Positions 9,712-20,146 of a stretch of DNA of 64,000 nucleotides are shown here, piece by piece (the first letter of the stretch is position 1; each line of letters opens with the position of its first letter). Where the stretch lies: IMG/VR virus record IMGVR_UViG_3300032247_000581, positions 1-64,000 of that record, one strand, 5' to 3'. This DNA is from a virus. Lineage: Duplodnaviria; Caudoviricetes. Under the pieces are notes generated by a model. That model ran no database searches. It worked only from the letters and a program-made list of their open reading frames with translations, and was not told the DNA's origin. Position numbers and translations under genes: made by a program.

Positions 9712-10249
9712 TAATATCTTCCATATTGTGTTTAATTTGCGCCTTTAAAGACTCTAACCCTGAGTTATTCATAATGACTTTATCAAAAGCCCAATCATCC
9801 ATAGCAGACTCTGACGGATGGTCATTGACGGGAGAATATCCAGGGCGAATAACTCGCCATACTTGACCGTTAAAATCTTTAACCATCTGTGCCTCATTAG
9901 GAAAACGAACATCTGTAAAAACAATTTTGTCGTCTATAGAAATTCCTTTAAAAGCTTGCTTTACCCAAAAATCTTCTCCAAACATCTTGCGTCCAACTTC
10001 TGTGCCAATTACCTGCATAAGACGACGGGCATCTGTGTATTTCTTTGCATACTCCCAACCGTGTTCATCAACAATGTGTTGCAAACGGTCTTGTCCTCCA
10101 AGGTCTGAAATGACTATGGGGTTTAAAACGTAAAGGGCTTCTCGCATTGGATTAGCAAAAGCACGGTTGTTATATCCGTGTAGACCTATAAGCATTCCTG
10201 CAACAGTATCTTTGCCAGATTGTGCGTATCCTGAAAGCCCGATTATCAT
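9701..10249 (-). CDS. deoxynucleoside monophosphate kinase
   Basis: IIGLSGYAQSGKDT, R..MQ.IGTE.GR, DVRFPNEA, HPSE. Confidence 0.92.
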   Translation of the reverse strand: MIIGLSGYAQSGKDTVAGMLIGLHGYNNRAFANPMREALYVLNPIVISDLGGQDRLQHIVDEHGWEYAKKYTDARRLMQVIGTEVGRKMFGEDFWVKQAFKGISIDDKIVFTDVRFPNEAQMVKDFNGQVWRVIRPGYSPVNDHPSESAMDDWAFDKVIMNNSGLESLKAQIKHNMEDINVL

Positions 10250-11175
10250 AAAAATGCTCTCTTTCCATGTAGTGAGTGTTTAGCGTTTTCTAGTCCGTAC
10301 ATTATCTCAGCCTTGCTCATAGCGCCAATATCTTTCATGTCTGTCTTATCATAGTTAAAAAACCAACATTCAAAACCCATAAGATTTGCGTACTCTAATA
10401 GGGTCGATGAAGAACTTAACCCAGCTTGGTCGTTATCCATAGCAAAAATTATATGTTCTGCGCTTCTAATAAGGTTAATTTGTTCTCTAGATACTGAAGA
10501 ACCACAGACTGCAACCCCTCCTAAAACTCCAACAGATGCTAAACGAACAACATCTAACGGAGACTCAACAACAATCATTGAAGATTGCTCATAGCGCATA
10601 TAACCAAATAAAGTTGACGATTTACTTATCTTAGGTGGGTAGTTATTAAATCGGCGCTCTTTAAACCATTTCTCCTGCCAACCAATAAGTTTATTAGTGT
10701 AGGGGTCTCTCATTGGAAGTATCCAACTGCTGTTAGCGGCATTCCATAAAATCTCGTAATAATCGGCAGCTACAGTAGTTATCCCACGAGATTTAAGAGC
10801 AAACTCTGGTGGCATCACAAAAGCACTTAACATTGATTCAGTTATAGGAATGCTTTGCTCTTGTAGTGGCGTAGGCATAGTTAATTTCTCAAATGCTTTT
10901 GTTAAATTGCGCTCGCCGCTATTGACCCACTGCTTAGCCATTGCAGAGTCAACGCCCTGGACATACTCAACAAGTGAGCCAACGCTTCCTTTAAAGTGAC
11001 AAGAAAAACAGTTATGAACTCCAGTATCAGCATTGATATACCAAGACGGGTTAGTGTCTTCTCTTCCTTTGCGTTCTAAGTGAGCGGGACAGTGAGCCTT
11101 AATCTCATCTCCATGTATGGAAACAATCTCAATACCCAAACGTTCTAATAGGTCTTCCATCTCAGTTACTGTCAT
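10246..11175 (-). CDS. dnaG: DNA primase (CHC2 zinc finger + TOPRIM)
   Basis: CPAH...CFSC; VVESPLDV, DNDQAG, KDIG. Confidence 0.9.
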   Translation of the reverse strand: MTVTEMEDLLERLGIEIVSIHGDEIKAHCPAHLERKGREDTNPSWYINADTGVHNCFSCHFKGSVGSLVEYVQGVDSAMAKQWVNSGERNLTKAFEKLTMPTPLQEQSIPITESMLSAFVMPPEFALKSRGITTVAADYYEILWNAANSSWILPMRDPYTNKLIGWQEKWFKERRFNNYPPKISKSSTLFGYMRYEQSSMIVVESPLDVVRLASVGVLGGVAVCGSSVSREQINLIRSAEHIIFAMDNDQAGLSSSSTLLEYANLMGFECWFFNYDKTDMKDIGAMSKAEIMYGLENAKHSLHGKRAFL

Positions 11176-12398
11176 AGGTCTTCTGCCGTAATCTCTCTAA
11201 AAGCTCCTGTATTCCAATCCCACAACATTGATACCTCTGCTGGTCCAGAGTTACGAGAGGCGATAACTTTTAATAAACGAGTGTCATCTACATTTTCATC
11301 TTCGCGTTGAAGGCCAAAAATAACATCTGCATCTTGGTGGAAAGAAGAAGAGTAACCAATAGCGTCGGTAGTGACTTGACCATTACGCATTTTATTTTCC
11401 AAAACTTGAGTAGAAATTACAACGGGTTTATTTACTCGCTGAGCAAGGCGTTTAAGGGAACGAGTGATGTTGGTTAATGCTTGTGGGCTGCCTGGCTTCT
11501 CTCCGTTTTCATCAATCATCAAATACATACCATCAATAAATACAACGTCTGGTTGGTGTATCTGAATCTTGCTAGCAATAGCAGAAACTGTTGCCCCTTC
11601 CGTTGCTCCAATAAGCCAAAACTTTTCTCGCATTTGACTAACTGCCTGAAGCTTAGATTTAACACGAGACTCTTCTGCCTCTGTAAGTGCGCCTACTTGA
11701 TACCGAGTATGCGAAACACGGGCACGCATAGCAACGTATCTAGAAAGCTGTTCTTGATTAGTCATCTCAAAAGATTGAAACATTGGTGTGCTTCCCTTTA
11801 AGTGAACGTTTTGGGCAATCTGTAAAGCAAGTGTTGACTTACCAGTTTTAGGTGGAGCAACAATAATAATTAATTGACCGTTTTGCAATCCGTTAGTTGC
11901 GGCATCAATAGTAGGAAACCCTGTAGGAACTCCTAATAGACCTGGATTGTTTTTGCGATAAAGGTAATCGTCCCATAACTGCATAGGGTTTTCTGTAATA
12001 TCAACATCGGAAGATTTTGTCAGACCATCTTGCTCTAACTTTACAATTCCCTTTTGTATCTCAATTAACGCGCCTTCGTGGTCGCGTTGTTTTTCAATCT
12101 TTTCAATTGCCTCACCAATCATGGTGATTGTGGCTGACTTACGACGAGCTGCAATTAACTCATCAAGAAGATACTCAACGCTGTCTACAACTTCTACAAA
12201 TCTATAAGAAGGAAAATTCTCTGTTACAACATCAAGACTTGGACACTCGCCATACTTAGTAAAATGGGATTTAAGTAAGGACCAAACTTTTCTATCTTCA
12301 TTATCTAAAAACCATGAGTCATTAACGTTGCGTTGAAATAGCTGCGTAAGGTCTCGGTCTTGTATGACCTTACTAAGAAGCAACGTCTCTTTGTTCAT
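11172..12398 (-). CDS. dnaB: DnaB-like replicative helicase
   Basis: GVPTGF..ID..TNG, APPKTGKS, SFEM, FIDG, QDAD; start moved to ATG 12398 overlapping upstream stop. Confidence 0.93.
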   Translation of the reverse strand: MNKETLLLSKVIQDRDLTQLFQRNVNDSWFLDNEDRKVWSLLKSHFTKYGECPSLDVVTENFPSYRFVEVVDSVEYLLDELIAARRKSATITMIGEAIEKIEKQRDHEGALIEIQKGIVKLEQDGLTKSSDVDITENPMQLWDDYLYRKNNPGLLGVPTGFPTIDAATNGLQNGQLIIIVAPPKTGKSTLALQIAQNVHLKGSTPMFQSFEMTNQEQLSRYVAMRARVSHTRYQVGALTEAEESRVKSKLQAVSQMREKFWLIGATEGATVSAIASKIQIHQPDVVFIDGMYLMIDENGEKPGSPQALTNITRSLKRLAQRVNKPVVISTQVLENKMRNGQVTTDAIGYSSSFHQDADVIFGLQREDENVDDTRLLKVIASRNSGPAEVSMLWDWNTGAFREITAEDL

Positions 12399-12802
12399 AG
12401 TTGTGTGAAGTCCAATCCCCAATGTCCGTAACGTAGCATCCTAGAAGGTAAATCTAAAACTCCAACAACTTCTGGTCTGTAGGGAAGCTCTGAGACTAAA
12501 TGTTCTACAGATTCGTATGAGGTAAAGTATCTAAACGGATTGGTGCCCATTCTGTCAAGTTTGTCCACCATGACTTGTAAATCAGAATCATTTAACGTAA
12601 ACGAAGCTAATTCCATTGTGTACCCAATGTTTTGAGCAAAAACGTATAATCGGCTTAGTAAAGCTCGGTTGTATTTAATATCTTTAGAGGTCACTGGAAA
12701 TATTTTAAACTTTTTGGATATCTTAATATCGTAGTCTAAAAAAGTATCTGCTATTACTACGATGCGTTTAGGTAGGTCGTTACTTATATCCCCCTTACGC
12801 AT
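12395..12802 (-). CDS. hypothetical protein of replication module
   Basis: ORF coupled to dnaB. Confidence 0.65.
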   Translation of the reverse strand: MRKGDISNDLPKRIVVIADTFLDYDIKISKKFKIFPVTSKDIKYNRALLSRLYVFAQNIGYTMELASFTLNDSDLQVMVDKLDRMGTNPFRYFTSYESVEHLVSELPYRPEVVGVLDLPSRMLRYGHWGLDFTQL

Positions 12803-12803
12803 T

Positions 12804-13118
12804 TTAAATTACCTCTGGTATTCCAAATTTAATAATAAATTCTCTACTGTGTTTATTAGAAAGATGAGCTTGAGCAATATCTTCATCTGTTACATCTGGG
12901 GATAGTACAGGAACATAGACACCGTTGTTAAACTCCATCCGTATCTTAACAAGTTTTGAATGTTTACAAGAAGCTCGGCCTTTAAAACCTGGGCAATTAC
13001 AAATGACTTTTCCTTCATTTGAAATCCCAACCTCATAAATGCTGGGACCTGGAATTTGTGTGTCGTTAAGAAACATTTGAACCAGTTTTACCTCGGTGTT
13101 CAAAGTCTCCTCCATCAT
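12804..13118 (-). CDS. SWIM-type zinc-finger protein
   Basis: YEV...CNCPGF..R..CKH. Confidence 0.75.
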   Translation of the reverse strand: MMEETLNTEVKLVQMFLNDTQIPGPSIYEVGISNEGKVICNCPGFKGRASCKHSKLVKIRMEFNNGVYVPVLSPDVTDEDIAQAHLSNKHSREFIIKFGIPEVI

Positions 13119-13798
13119 CGTAAGTCCTTAGCGCCATCTACGGGAACGTAGACAAAAGCTTCTTTAATAAAACTACCCGTAGCCTCTCCATAAGAGGCTG
13201 CCCAGTCTTGCTTCTCAATGTTACTAGTAACGATAGTGGGAAGTCCGTTATTAAATCGTGTTCTTAAAATGTGGTGAAGCATATTGCTTTGCCAACCTGA
13301 AAGGCTGGTGTGTTCTTTGCCTATGTCATCAATTATTAAAACTCTAATGTTGTAGGCATCATCTCTACACTCCCCCAAAATACCTGCGTATAGAGTTTCT
13401 TCTGCCTCTGTTGGACTATCCATTAATTTTCCCTTTAAATCTAAAATTCCGTTAAAGGTCGAAAAATAACAAGGGCGAACAATTACCTTCCCTTCCTGAG
13501 GCACAAAAGCCTCTATGGGGAAAGTCGTCAGTATCTCTTGAATGACGGCTAGGGCAAGGGTGGTTTTTCCCCTACCTGGCTCCCCATAAAAAAGGATTCC
13601 ACGGCCGCATTTAGCCCCTCCAGCCTTCAAAATGTATTCTCCCTCAAGGGCTAGCTTCAACCAGCCCCTAACGGGCTTGAGCGCCGTTTCTGGGGCATCT
13701 GTACAGTCACCTAAGGTCCACCCAAGACGGGCTTTTGGAATAGCGGCAGTTTGCACCCACGTTCTACGTCGAACAGGCAGCTTGGCTAACTCAAACAT
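13115..13798 (-). CDS. DnaC/IstB-like helicase loader ATPase
   Basis: GEPGRGKT, LIIDDIGKE, R-F-N..LPTIVTSN; start moved to ATG 13798 behind GGAGG. Confidence 0.88.
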   Translation of the reverse strand: MFELAKLPVRRRTWVQTAAIPKARLGWTLGDCTDAPETALKPVRGWLKLALEGEYILKAGGAKCGRGILFYGEPGRGKTTLALAVIQEILTTFPIEAFVPQEGKVIVRPCYFSTFNGILDLKGKLMDSPTEAEETLYAGILGECRDDAYNIRVLIIDDIGKEHTSLSGWQSNMLHHILRTRFNNGLPTIVTSNIEKQDWAASYGEATGSFIKEAFVYVPVDGAKDLR

Positions 13799-14678
13799 CA
13801 AAATCCTCCCCAAACTCTTTCTTCCATTGTTCCTCAGCAGATGCCTTGGCTCTAGCCATAATCTCAGGGGAAGTAATTCGTAGCCTAGCTTGATTAGATA
13901 GTTCTGAAAAGCGCGAAATAAACAACTTCCACAACTTCTCGCCATCTGTCTCTTTGTTTACTTTTAACTGTGTAAAAAACAAATTCATCATTTCAAGTTC
14001 AATGAGGCCGTTAGTATCATATTTTTTACGGGCTGATGCAAGTGCAATATAAAACTTACTGCCTGAAAGCTTCCAAGGTTTAATATCCCACATCTCAGTC
14101 ATACGCTGTTCAAACTCAAGGGCTGATTGATTAACATTCCAATCCTCAGGTTTTCTATTGGAGCGGGTCTCTAGCCGTTCTGCTTGCGCCTTAGTTTTTT
14201 GCTCTTGATAAACCTTCTTGCGTTCTGCAACCGCCTTTAAACGCTCGGACTCTTGCTCACTGCCATCTGCGCTGGAAGTGTCTTTAAAAAACTCATATCC
14301 CATTTTTTCCCCCAATCGCTCGTCGATTGTTGTTTTATTTATATTATTAGCAGAATAAGCTAATACTTGTATTATGTTATTCTGCACATTGTGCTGTATC
14401 AGAAGTTCCTTTTGTGGACTCCACATATTAGCTTTCACACCCCAGGAGTTGGCCTCTAAAGCGCCACTCTCTGTCACATAACTGACGGTTCTAACCCCTC
14501 TTGGAGTCCGTTCTTTACGGGTAACTATGTACCCTGCTTCCCTCAGCTCTTTTAGAGCCGTTAGTATTGCTTTTCTATTTTCACGTACCTCTTCAGCCAA
14601 ACGGTCAGCGCTAATAGACATATCGCTGTTGGCAAAGTAATAAAGGGCTGCTCTAGCCCTGAGTGAGAGCTTAGGCAT
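13791..14678 (-). CDS. replication initiator with N-terminal winged HTH
   Basis: LSLRARA...LAE....I..ALKEL.EAGYI; precedes DnaC-like loader. Confidence 0.7.
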   Translation of the reverse strand: MPKLSLRARAALYYFANSDMSISADRLAEEVRENRKAILTALKELREAGYIVTRKERTPRGVRTVSYVTESGALEANSWGVKANMWSPQKELLIQHNVQNNIIQVLAYSANNINKTTIDERLGEKMGYEFFKDTSSADGSEQESERLKAVAERKKVYQEQKTKAQAERLETRSNRKPEDWNVNQSALEFEQRMTEMWDIKPWKLSGSKFYIALASARKKYDTNGLIELEMMNLFFTQLKVNKETDGEKLWKLFISRFSELSNQARLRITSPEIMARAKASAEEQWKKEFGEDFDV

Positions 14679-15204
14679 TGAGCCTCTTGAGTAATTCCTG
14701 TGAGTTCTTAATATGCGCCTCTAGGAGCTCTTTAAAATCTAACTCAGGCTGTACATGCTTAGGTGTTTCTACTTTAACTTCTTGAATGGGTTTAAGGGCG
14801 GAAATTTCATTAAGGGGAACTAGGCCATCGCAAAGATTGACTGCTGATATTTCGGCGTTTTTGCACTCTACCAAAATATCTACATCGTCTTCTGTCCATA
14901 AAAGAAATGCAACAGCATCCTGTCCTTTTAAAAATGCAACAGCATCTTTTACTGGTTGAGCAGTTGGAGATTGAGAAGCGCCAGGAATTCCTGTGGTCTG
15001 AGCATCCTCATTACAAAAAACCATAATGTCTTTGTTATTTTCTTTAGCGTACTGGGCTGCAAAAATGTGGCTCTTGGTAGGTTGCTTGTCATATGCAAGA
15101 ACCAAAGTTCCCTCTGCACCTTTGGCGTAATAATGGTCTTCCATAAGGGCCTCAGTATTTGCCCTACTGCTCTCACCGTTGCCCGCAACTAATACAAAAT
15201 ACAT
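14671..15204 (-). CDS. hypothetical alpha/beta protein
   Basis: Strong RBS AAGGAGG and upstream TAGTAT; first gene of replication operon. Confidence 0.7.
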   Translation of the reverse strand: MYFVLVAGNGESSRANTEALMEDHYYAKGAEGTLVLAYDKQPTKSHIFAAQYAKENNKDIMVFCNEDAQTTGIPGASQSPTAQPVKDAVAFLKGQDAVAFLLWTEDDVDILVECKNAEISAVNLCDGLVPLNEISALKPIQEVKVETPKHVQPELDFKELLEAHIKNSQELLKRLNA

Positions 15205-15243
15205 GGGTCCTCCTTATCGATGGAGGCACATACTACACACAGC

Positions 15244-15528
15244 TTAGCGGTCTTGACCAACCGCCCTAATAACGGCTGCTTGGTAGGTAGTAACGCGTTC
15301 CGCTACTAAATTTAAGAAAGAACCAAGAAAAGAGCCTGCAACCACTTTAACAATAAGCTTTGTATTAAATTCTGGCTCTAAAATGAATGTTGAGGTAAAA
15401 GAAAATAAAACAAAGAAGAAAACATTAGCGGCGCGTCTAGAAAGAACAATAGTAAGTAAGTCCCTTACAGGTTCTACAAGGGCGATAAAAAATGCGGTAA
15501 ACATCCCTACGAGTAATAGATTAAACAT
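15244..15528 (-). CDS. small membrane protein (about 3 hydrophobic segments)
   Basis: Hydrophobic stretches; TAGGAT-N6-ATG leaderless-type start. Confidence 0.65.
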   Translation of the reverse strand: MFNLLLVGMFTAFFIALVEPVRDLLTIVLSRRAANVFFFVLFSFTSTFILEPEFNTKLIVKVVAGSFLGSFLNLVAERVTTYQAAVIRAVGQDR

Positions 15529-15540
15529 AGGGCTATCCTA

Positions 15541-17550
15541 CTACGTTCCTGGCTGTGCGAACAACAGTTCGAAAGTGCTCCCTAGAGTTATCCAGTTGGG
15601 TAGGGTATTAATAAGGCGGCTTTGTACAGCAAAACGGTTGACGTAGTAGTGGCTTCTGGCCGCATTAGGGGAGTTACCTTCCCAAAATAGGTCAGCAAGC
15701 TGGGCTACACCGTTGCTGCCATCAAAGTATGAGTTAACAAATGAAGATTTTTCAAATAGAGCAGCATCTAAATAAATTTCATGCACAGCAACTGAGGCCG
15801 TCCAAGTAATTCCTACTTTTGCAGTAACAGCTGTGGCTGGAGCAGTATGAGTAACAAAAGTTCTAGTCCAGTTATCGTAAGAAGTAAATGGTGTGCCATA
15901 GTGAGTAGATATAAGAGTATTTGAGCTGTTATACCAAGAAATAAAAGGTGTTAAAGGATAACTAGAACTATCATCATAAGCATAAATACTAAAAGTGTAA
16001 TCGTTGTTTGCAAAAATAGGCATGGCACTAGAGGTTACAGTTACTGCACCAGCAACTGTTGGAGAAACTTTTATAGAACCACCACTTATAGGCACTGAAG
16101 GTGCAGCTGGGTCAACTCCTACTTCGTCAACAGCAAGGGAGGCTGTTCCATTTGTAAAAGTCCAATTACTTGTATTAGTTTCAAAATTAGGATTTAAAAG
16201 CTCATTAATTCTACTTGCTATAAGAGTAATTTCAATTTGTCGTGCATCTTGAAATGCTGTAGCAGAAGAACCTAATTCAAATTGAAAAGCGTCAAAATAA
16301 TGTTTTTCTGAAGAAACAGTGCTAGCAATTTTAACGTGAGGAACTGCAAAATAAGCGTTTGCAGGAGATGTTGCAGTTTTACTAAAACGATGCCAACTTC
16401 CCGCAGTGTTTGTAACTCCAGAACCAGCACTAGAGGTACTTAATAAAGTTCCTTTAGAGTCATACCACGCAATTAAAGCTGTAACAGAACGAGCAGTTGT
16501 TGCAGCTTGAGAGTATCCACTAAATGTATAGGCTGTGGAAGCAGAGATGGGAATTCCATAATGAATAGGAGTATCACCATATAAAGCAAACTCTGCAGTT
16601 GCACTTGCCGTCCCAGTAACTTGAAGAGTTGCAGTTTGTAAATTTGGAAAGTTAGCTTGAGCAGTAGGTTCTGCATAAGGAACAATAGTTGGGCTATCAG
16701 TTGTTGAGTGTCTAGCTAAAGAACAGCTACCTATAGATGCCCAAGAACCAATAGAGTTTTCAAAAGAAGAGTCATTACTATCTAACATAAGGTTCTTACC
16801 CATAGAAACTACGTTGTCATAACCCGCATAAGCTTTTACATACTCTTTTACGCCCAGTTTGCTGCCTTTATTTTTATACAAACGAATTGCATTATTAAGA
16901 AGAATACGAGACTGTTTAAGGCCAAGTTCTGGTTCATATTTAAGACCAAATTGGCGCATAAATACAGGTACAAGTAAGCCATTTAGATTTGTAATGTCAT
17001 ATCGGTTAGATATGTTTTCTGTTTGAGTTTTATAAAGGTCTAGGTTTAAAGCAAATAACTTTAAAAACCTTTGTAAAAAGTCGTTATCTTGTTCAACAGA
17101 AGAGTCGTATGGAACTTGAGAAGCATCAATAGTTGGAAGGTAGTTGTACATATCGGTAGAGGTGTTATAGTTTTTAACAGAAACCCCGATAGCATTACCA
17201 GCTATTTTCCACGTTGAATGCACAGTTTCACGAACAAAAACACTGTAATAGTATGCATGACCTTCTTTTAACCCAATATTATTTGGCACAGACCCAGTAT
17301 CAAAATAAGAAGTACGTGATGTAGAAGCTGCATCCTCAAATAAAACATCCCCATCATCTGCGGTTACAGGAAACCCATATGAGTTTCTAATAAGACGAAG
17401 ATAATCCCATGAGCCCGTTGGGGTTGCCCAAGTTAATCTAATAGCAGAGTAGTCGTACGGCACAGCTAAAAATGGTGAAGCATTAAAAGTTACGAATGTA
17501 TTAGACCCGTAATACGCTGCACCATAGTAATCAATACCGTACTTAGACAA
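15541..17550 (-). CDS. baseplate wedge / tail protein I-like with carbohydrate-binding-like domains
   Basis: YNYLP...FLQRFLKLF...A.RLYKNKGS wedge motif; two N..FE...W beta-sandwich repeats. Confidence 0.75.
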   Translation of the reverse strand: MSKYGIDYYGAAYYGSNTFVTFNASPFLAVPYDYSAIRLTWATPTGSWDYLRLIRNSYGFPVTADDGDVLFEDAASTSRTSYFDTGSVPNNIGLKEGHAYYYSVFVRETVHSTWKIAGNAIGVSVKNYNTSTDMYNYLPTIDASQVPYDSSVEQDNDFLQRFLKLFALNLDLYKTQTENISNRYDITNLNGLLVPVFMRQFGLKYEPELGLKQSRILLNNAIRLYKNKGSKLGVKEYVKAYAGYDNVVSMGKNLMLDSNDSSFENSIGSWASIGSCSLARHSTTDSPTIVPYAEPTAQANFPNLQTATLQVTGTASATAEFALYGDTPIHYGIPISASTAYTFSGYSQAATTARSVTALIAWYDSKGTLLSTSSAGSGVTNTAGSWHRFSKTATSPANAYFAVPHVKIASTVSSEKHYFDAFQFELGSSATAFQDARQIEITLIASRINELLNPNFETNTSNWTFTNGTASLAVDEVGVDPAAPSVPISGGSIKVSPTVAGAVTVTSSAMPIFANNDYTFSIYAYDDSSSYPLTPFISWYNSSNTLISTHYGTPFTSYDNWTRTFVTHTAPATAVTAKVGITWTASVAVHEIYLDAALFEKSSFVNSYFDGSNGVAQLADLFWEGNSPNAARSHYYVNRFAVQSRLINTLPNWITLGSTFELLFAQPGT

Positions 17551-18027
17551 TTACATACCGCCCATAAGAAAAGTGGCTGTAAAGTCTGTTCCAGAACCTA
17601 CCTGTCCCCCAGCAGCATACAAAATTCCATCGGGACCAACTCTAGTTACTACAGTTCCAGAAGAATCTTTCCATTGCATAAGGTCAGCACTTTGACTTGT
17701 AGCTGCTGTAATAGCTAAACCAACAACGGCAGCAGAGTTAATAATGATTTCACTTCCGCCAACTTTTTTAACATATTGAGTATGGGTATCTGCAACAATT
17801 CCTTTTTCAATATTGGCAAGGCGTCCATTAAGGGTGGTGTAATCAGTAGCGGTGTTTGCCCAACCACTAGAGGTTGCAGCGGTAGCTACTGAAGGAGTAG
17901 TACCTATGACTGATTCAATAGCGGTGACCTCATCAAAGAGCGAGTTTGGGTCTGCTGCTTGAATAAGGTCTACAACATTTACTTTGGGAGTAAATGATTT
18001 AACGTTATTTGGATACGAGGCTGCCAT
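17551..18027 (-). CDS. tail/baseplate-associated structural protein
   Basis: ASYP...N.L.DEV.AIE..IG motif; ends FLMGGM. Confidence 0.6.
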   Translation of the reverse strand: MAASYPNNVKSFTPKVNVVDLIQAADPNSLFDEVTAIESVIGTTPSVATAATSSGWANTATDYTTLNGRLANIEKGIVADTHTQYVKKVGGSEIIINSAAVVGLAITAATSQSADLMQWKDSSGTVVTRVGPDGILYAAGGQVGSGTDFTATFLMGGM

Positions 18028-18035
18028 ATTTATCC

Positions 18036-19751
18036 TTAACTTAAGATTCCGCCGTATGGAGTAACTGTAATTACTCCTACTTTTGGAATTTCATTGGTTG
18101 CGCATTGAATATTACTAATTCCTGTTGTAGAAAGAGAAGATGTAAACAACGATGTTCCAGTAACAGAGCTAGTACCACCAGCAGGAGCTGACAAGGTAAT
18201 AGTTTTTGCTACTGAATCAAATGCGGAGATTGTTGTCCCAGAAGGAATAGTTACTGTTCCTATAGCCCCTGTTTGTAACGCTACTTTTTGCCCTACTGCC
18301 ACATTAAGAAATGATGAAACATTGCTTATAGTGCTACTTGTTGCTGTTAAATCTCCTGTAAAAGAAGCGTCGGCACGAGCCAAAAGAGTAACGTCGGCAT
18401 AAGAGACTCCTTCAACAGTAGAAATTGCTGAAAGTACATACTGAAGAACAAAATTTTCAGCAAAAATAACATTATCTATGTTTAAAATATCTTGCAATAC
18501 TGCATAAACAGCGTCTTGAACTACGCTTTGTTTGTATTGAGCAGCAATATGTAAATTTAAATCAATATTAATTGGCACATATTTTGGGGGCAAAATAGTT
18601 AACGTAGTTGTTGCAGGAGCTTTATCGGTAAAAAACGTTACAACATCAGAAGAAGTATTAGTAAATATCGCTGTAGAATTGCCGTTTGCATCCAGTCCAG
18701 GAGTTCCTAAACTAGTATCTCCGTAAGGTGCCACGTACAAAGTGATATTGTTATAAACAGTGCCATCAGCAACTGCTTTAGACACTGAAGGTATCTGCAC
18801 AGCAAGTGCCGCGTAGTCTGATAAAGAAACCGCTCTGTTTAAAGCTGTTAATGCAAATGGAGCATTAAATCTAATGCTATCTGTTGATTCTGGGTCAGCA
18901 CCGCCAGTGGCAGACTGCTGGTTGTTTACAGTAAGACCAGCAACTACGTTAGTAAGAAGATAATTTAATGTGTTGGGGCCAACATTTCCATAAACTCCTC
19001 CACCAACACGGTAAGTAACATACACAGCACCAGTTGGAGGGATACGACCACTAATATTATCTCCAAAAGTAATTGAAGAAATATACTCAGCATTAGTCAA
19101 TACTGTGTAAACAGGGTCATTGTATCCAGCATCAATAAGGTAGTTAATTTGATTGTAAGAGACTCCATTAGCAACTACTTGTGTAGTTTTGCTAATAACT
19201 GGGTTTTGTGACAAAGTAAATGTTTGATAAGCAGTTCCGTTTGAGTCACCTAAATATTCATTTGAAACTGTAACTCCTTGAGTAGCAGTCACTGCGGCAG
19301 AGCCTTTAACCGCTCCCGCAGCTGCTGGAACTGAAACTGCGGTGTTGGTTTCAAAAATAATTTGCGTACTAACACCATTGACCGTAGTTGTTGTTGCTAC
19401 CTGGGTTAATGCTGGAACGGTAATTATTGAGGCTGTTGAGTTTTGAAACGTCAATGTGACCGTAGCTGGTGCTCCAGTACTTGGGGTGTAATTTAAAGTA
19501 TTTGCTAAAGACAATACTGAGGCTCTTTGAGTAGCCGTAGCTATAAAGCCCTCATTAGCAGAACGGTCAATATAGTAGTTAAGCATGTCTCCCATATAGG
19601 CAAACAGCTCTATCAGAGTAATACCAAAATCAGAAGGGTCTGTGGAAGTCCATTCAGGCAAAAGATTTGGAATAAGAGCAATTAAGTCATCACGAATAGC
19701 CGCGTAGTCACGGGAGGTGTAATCTACTTGCGGTATGTAGTTAGATGCCAT
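18036..19751 (-). CDS. baseplate J-like wedge protein
   Basis: DYTSRDY, PEWT..DPSDFG, YRVGGG..GNV, GGADPES, RAVSLSDY. Confidence 0.92.
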   Translation of the reverse strand: MASNYIPQVDYTSRDYAAIRDDLIALIPNLLPEWTSTDPSDFGITLIELFAYMGDMLNYYIDRSANEGFIATATQRASVLSLANTLNYTPSTGAPATVTLTFQNSTASIITVPALTQVATTTTVNGVSTQIIFETNTAVSVPAAAGAVKGSAAVTATQGVTVSNEYLGDSNGTAYQTFTLSQNPVISKTTQVVANGVSYNQINYLIDAGYNDPVYTVLTNAEYISSITFGDNISGRIPPTGAVYVTYRVGGGVYGNVGPNTLNYLLTNVVAGLTVNNQQSATGGADPESTDSIRFNAPFALTALNRAVSLSDYAALAVQIPSVSKAVADGTVYNNITLYVAPYGDTSLGTPGLDANGNSTAIFTNTSSDVVTFFTDKAPATTTLTILPPKYVPINIDLNLHIAAQYKQSVVQDAVYAVLQDILNIDNVIFAENFVLQYVLSAISTVEGVSYADVTLLARADASFTGDLTATSSTISNVSSFLNVAVGQKVALQTGAIGTVTIPSGTTISAFDSVAKTITLSAPAGGTSSVTGTSLFTSSLSTTGISNIQCATNEIPKVGVITVTPYGGILS

Positions 19752-20146
19752 TAGTACTCCTGAATAACGTCGCCAGAACGGTTTAGAATGCCAGTTTTTA
19801 TAGAAACTTGGTCAGACTCACCATTGGGCAGTTGATAGTAAATTGTAACGCTTAGAGTACCTAATTGTGAGTCCATAGCGGTTTTGATATCTATAAGGCT
19901 TAATTGTTTAAGGTAGGAAGTAAAAGTTGTCTTTACACTAGTGCGTATCAAAGAGTCAGCAGAATCGGCGGTCTCAAAAAGGGCAGATTTTATAGTGCCA
20001 CCATATTTTGGGCGAAAAACTCTTTCTCCCATATTGGTCATTACCGCTTTTAATACGCGGGTTTTCCAAATTTTTGCTGGGTCATTAGAGGAAAGAATAG
20101 ACCCTGATGCGTCAACTGAAAAAGGAAGGATAATAGCGCGTTCCAT
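19751..20146 (-). CDS. baseplate wedge gp25/gpW-like
   Basis: T..GERVFRP.YG...LFE. Confidence 0.88.
   Translation of the reverse strand: MERAIILPFSVDASGSILSSNDPAKIWKTRVLKAVMTNMGERVFRPKYGGTIKSALFETADSADSLIRTSVKTTFTSYLKQLSLIDIKTAMDSQLGTLSVTIYYQLPNGESDQVSIKTGILNRSGDVIQEY

Noticed and set aside
2400-12398. Inteins or introns in RecA, polymerase, helicases
   Set aside because: Lengths and motif spacing are normal; no intein terminal motifs or homing endonuclease seen
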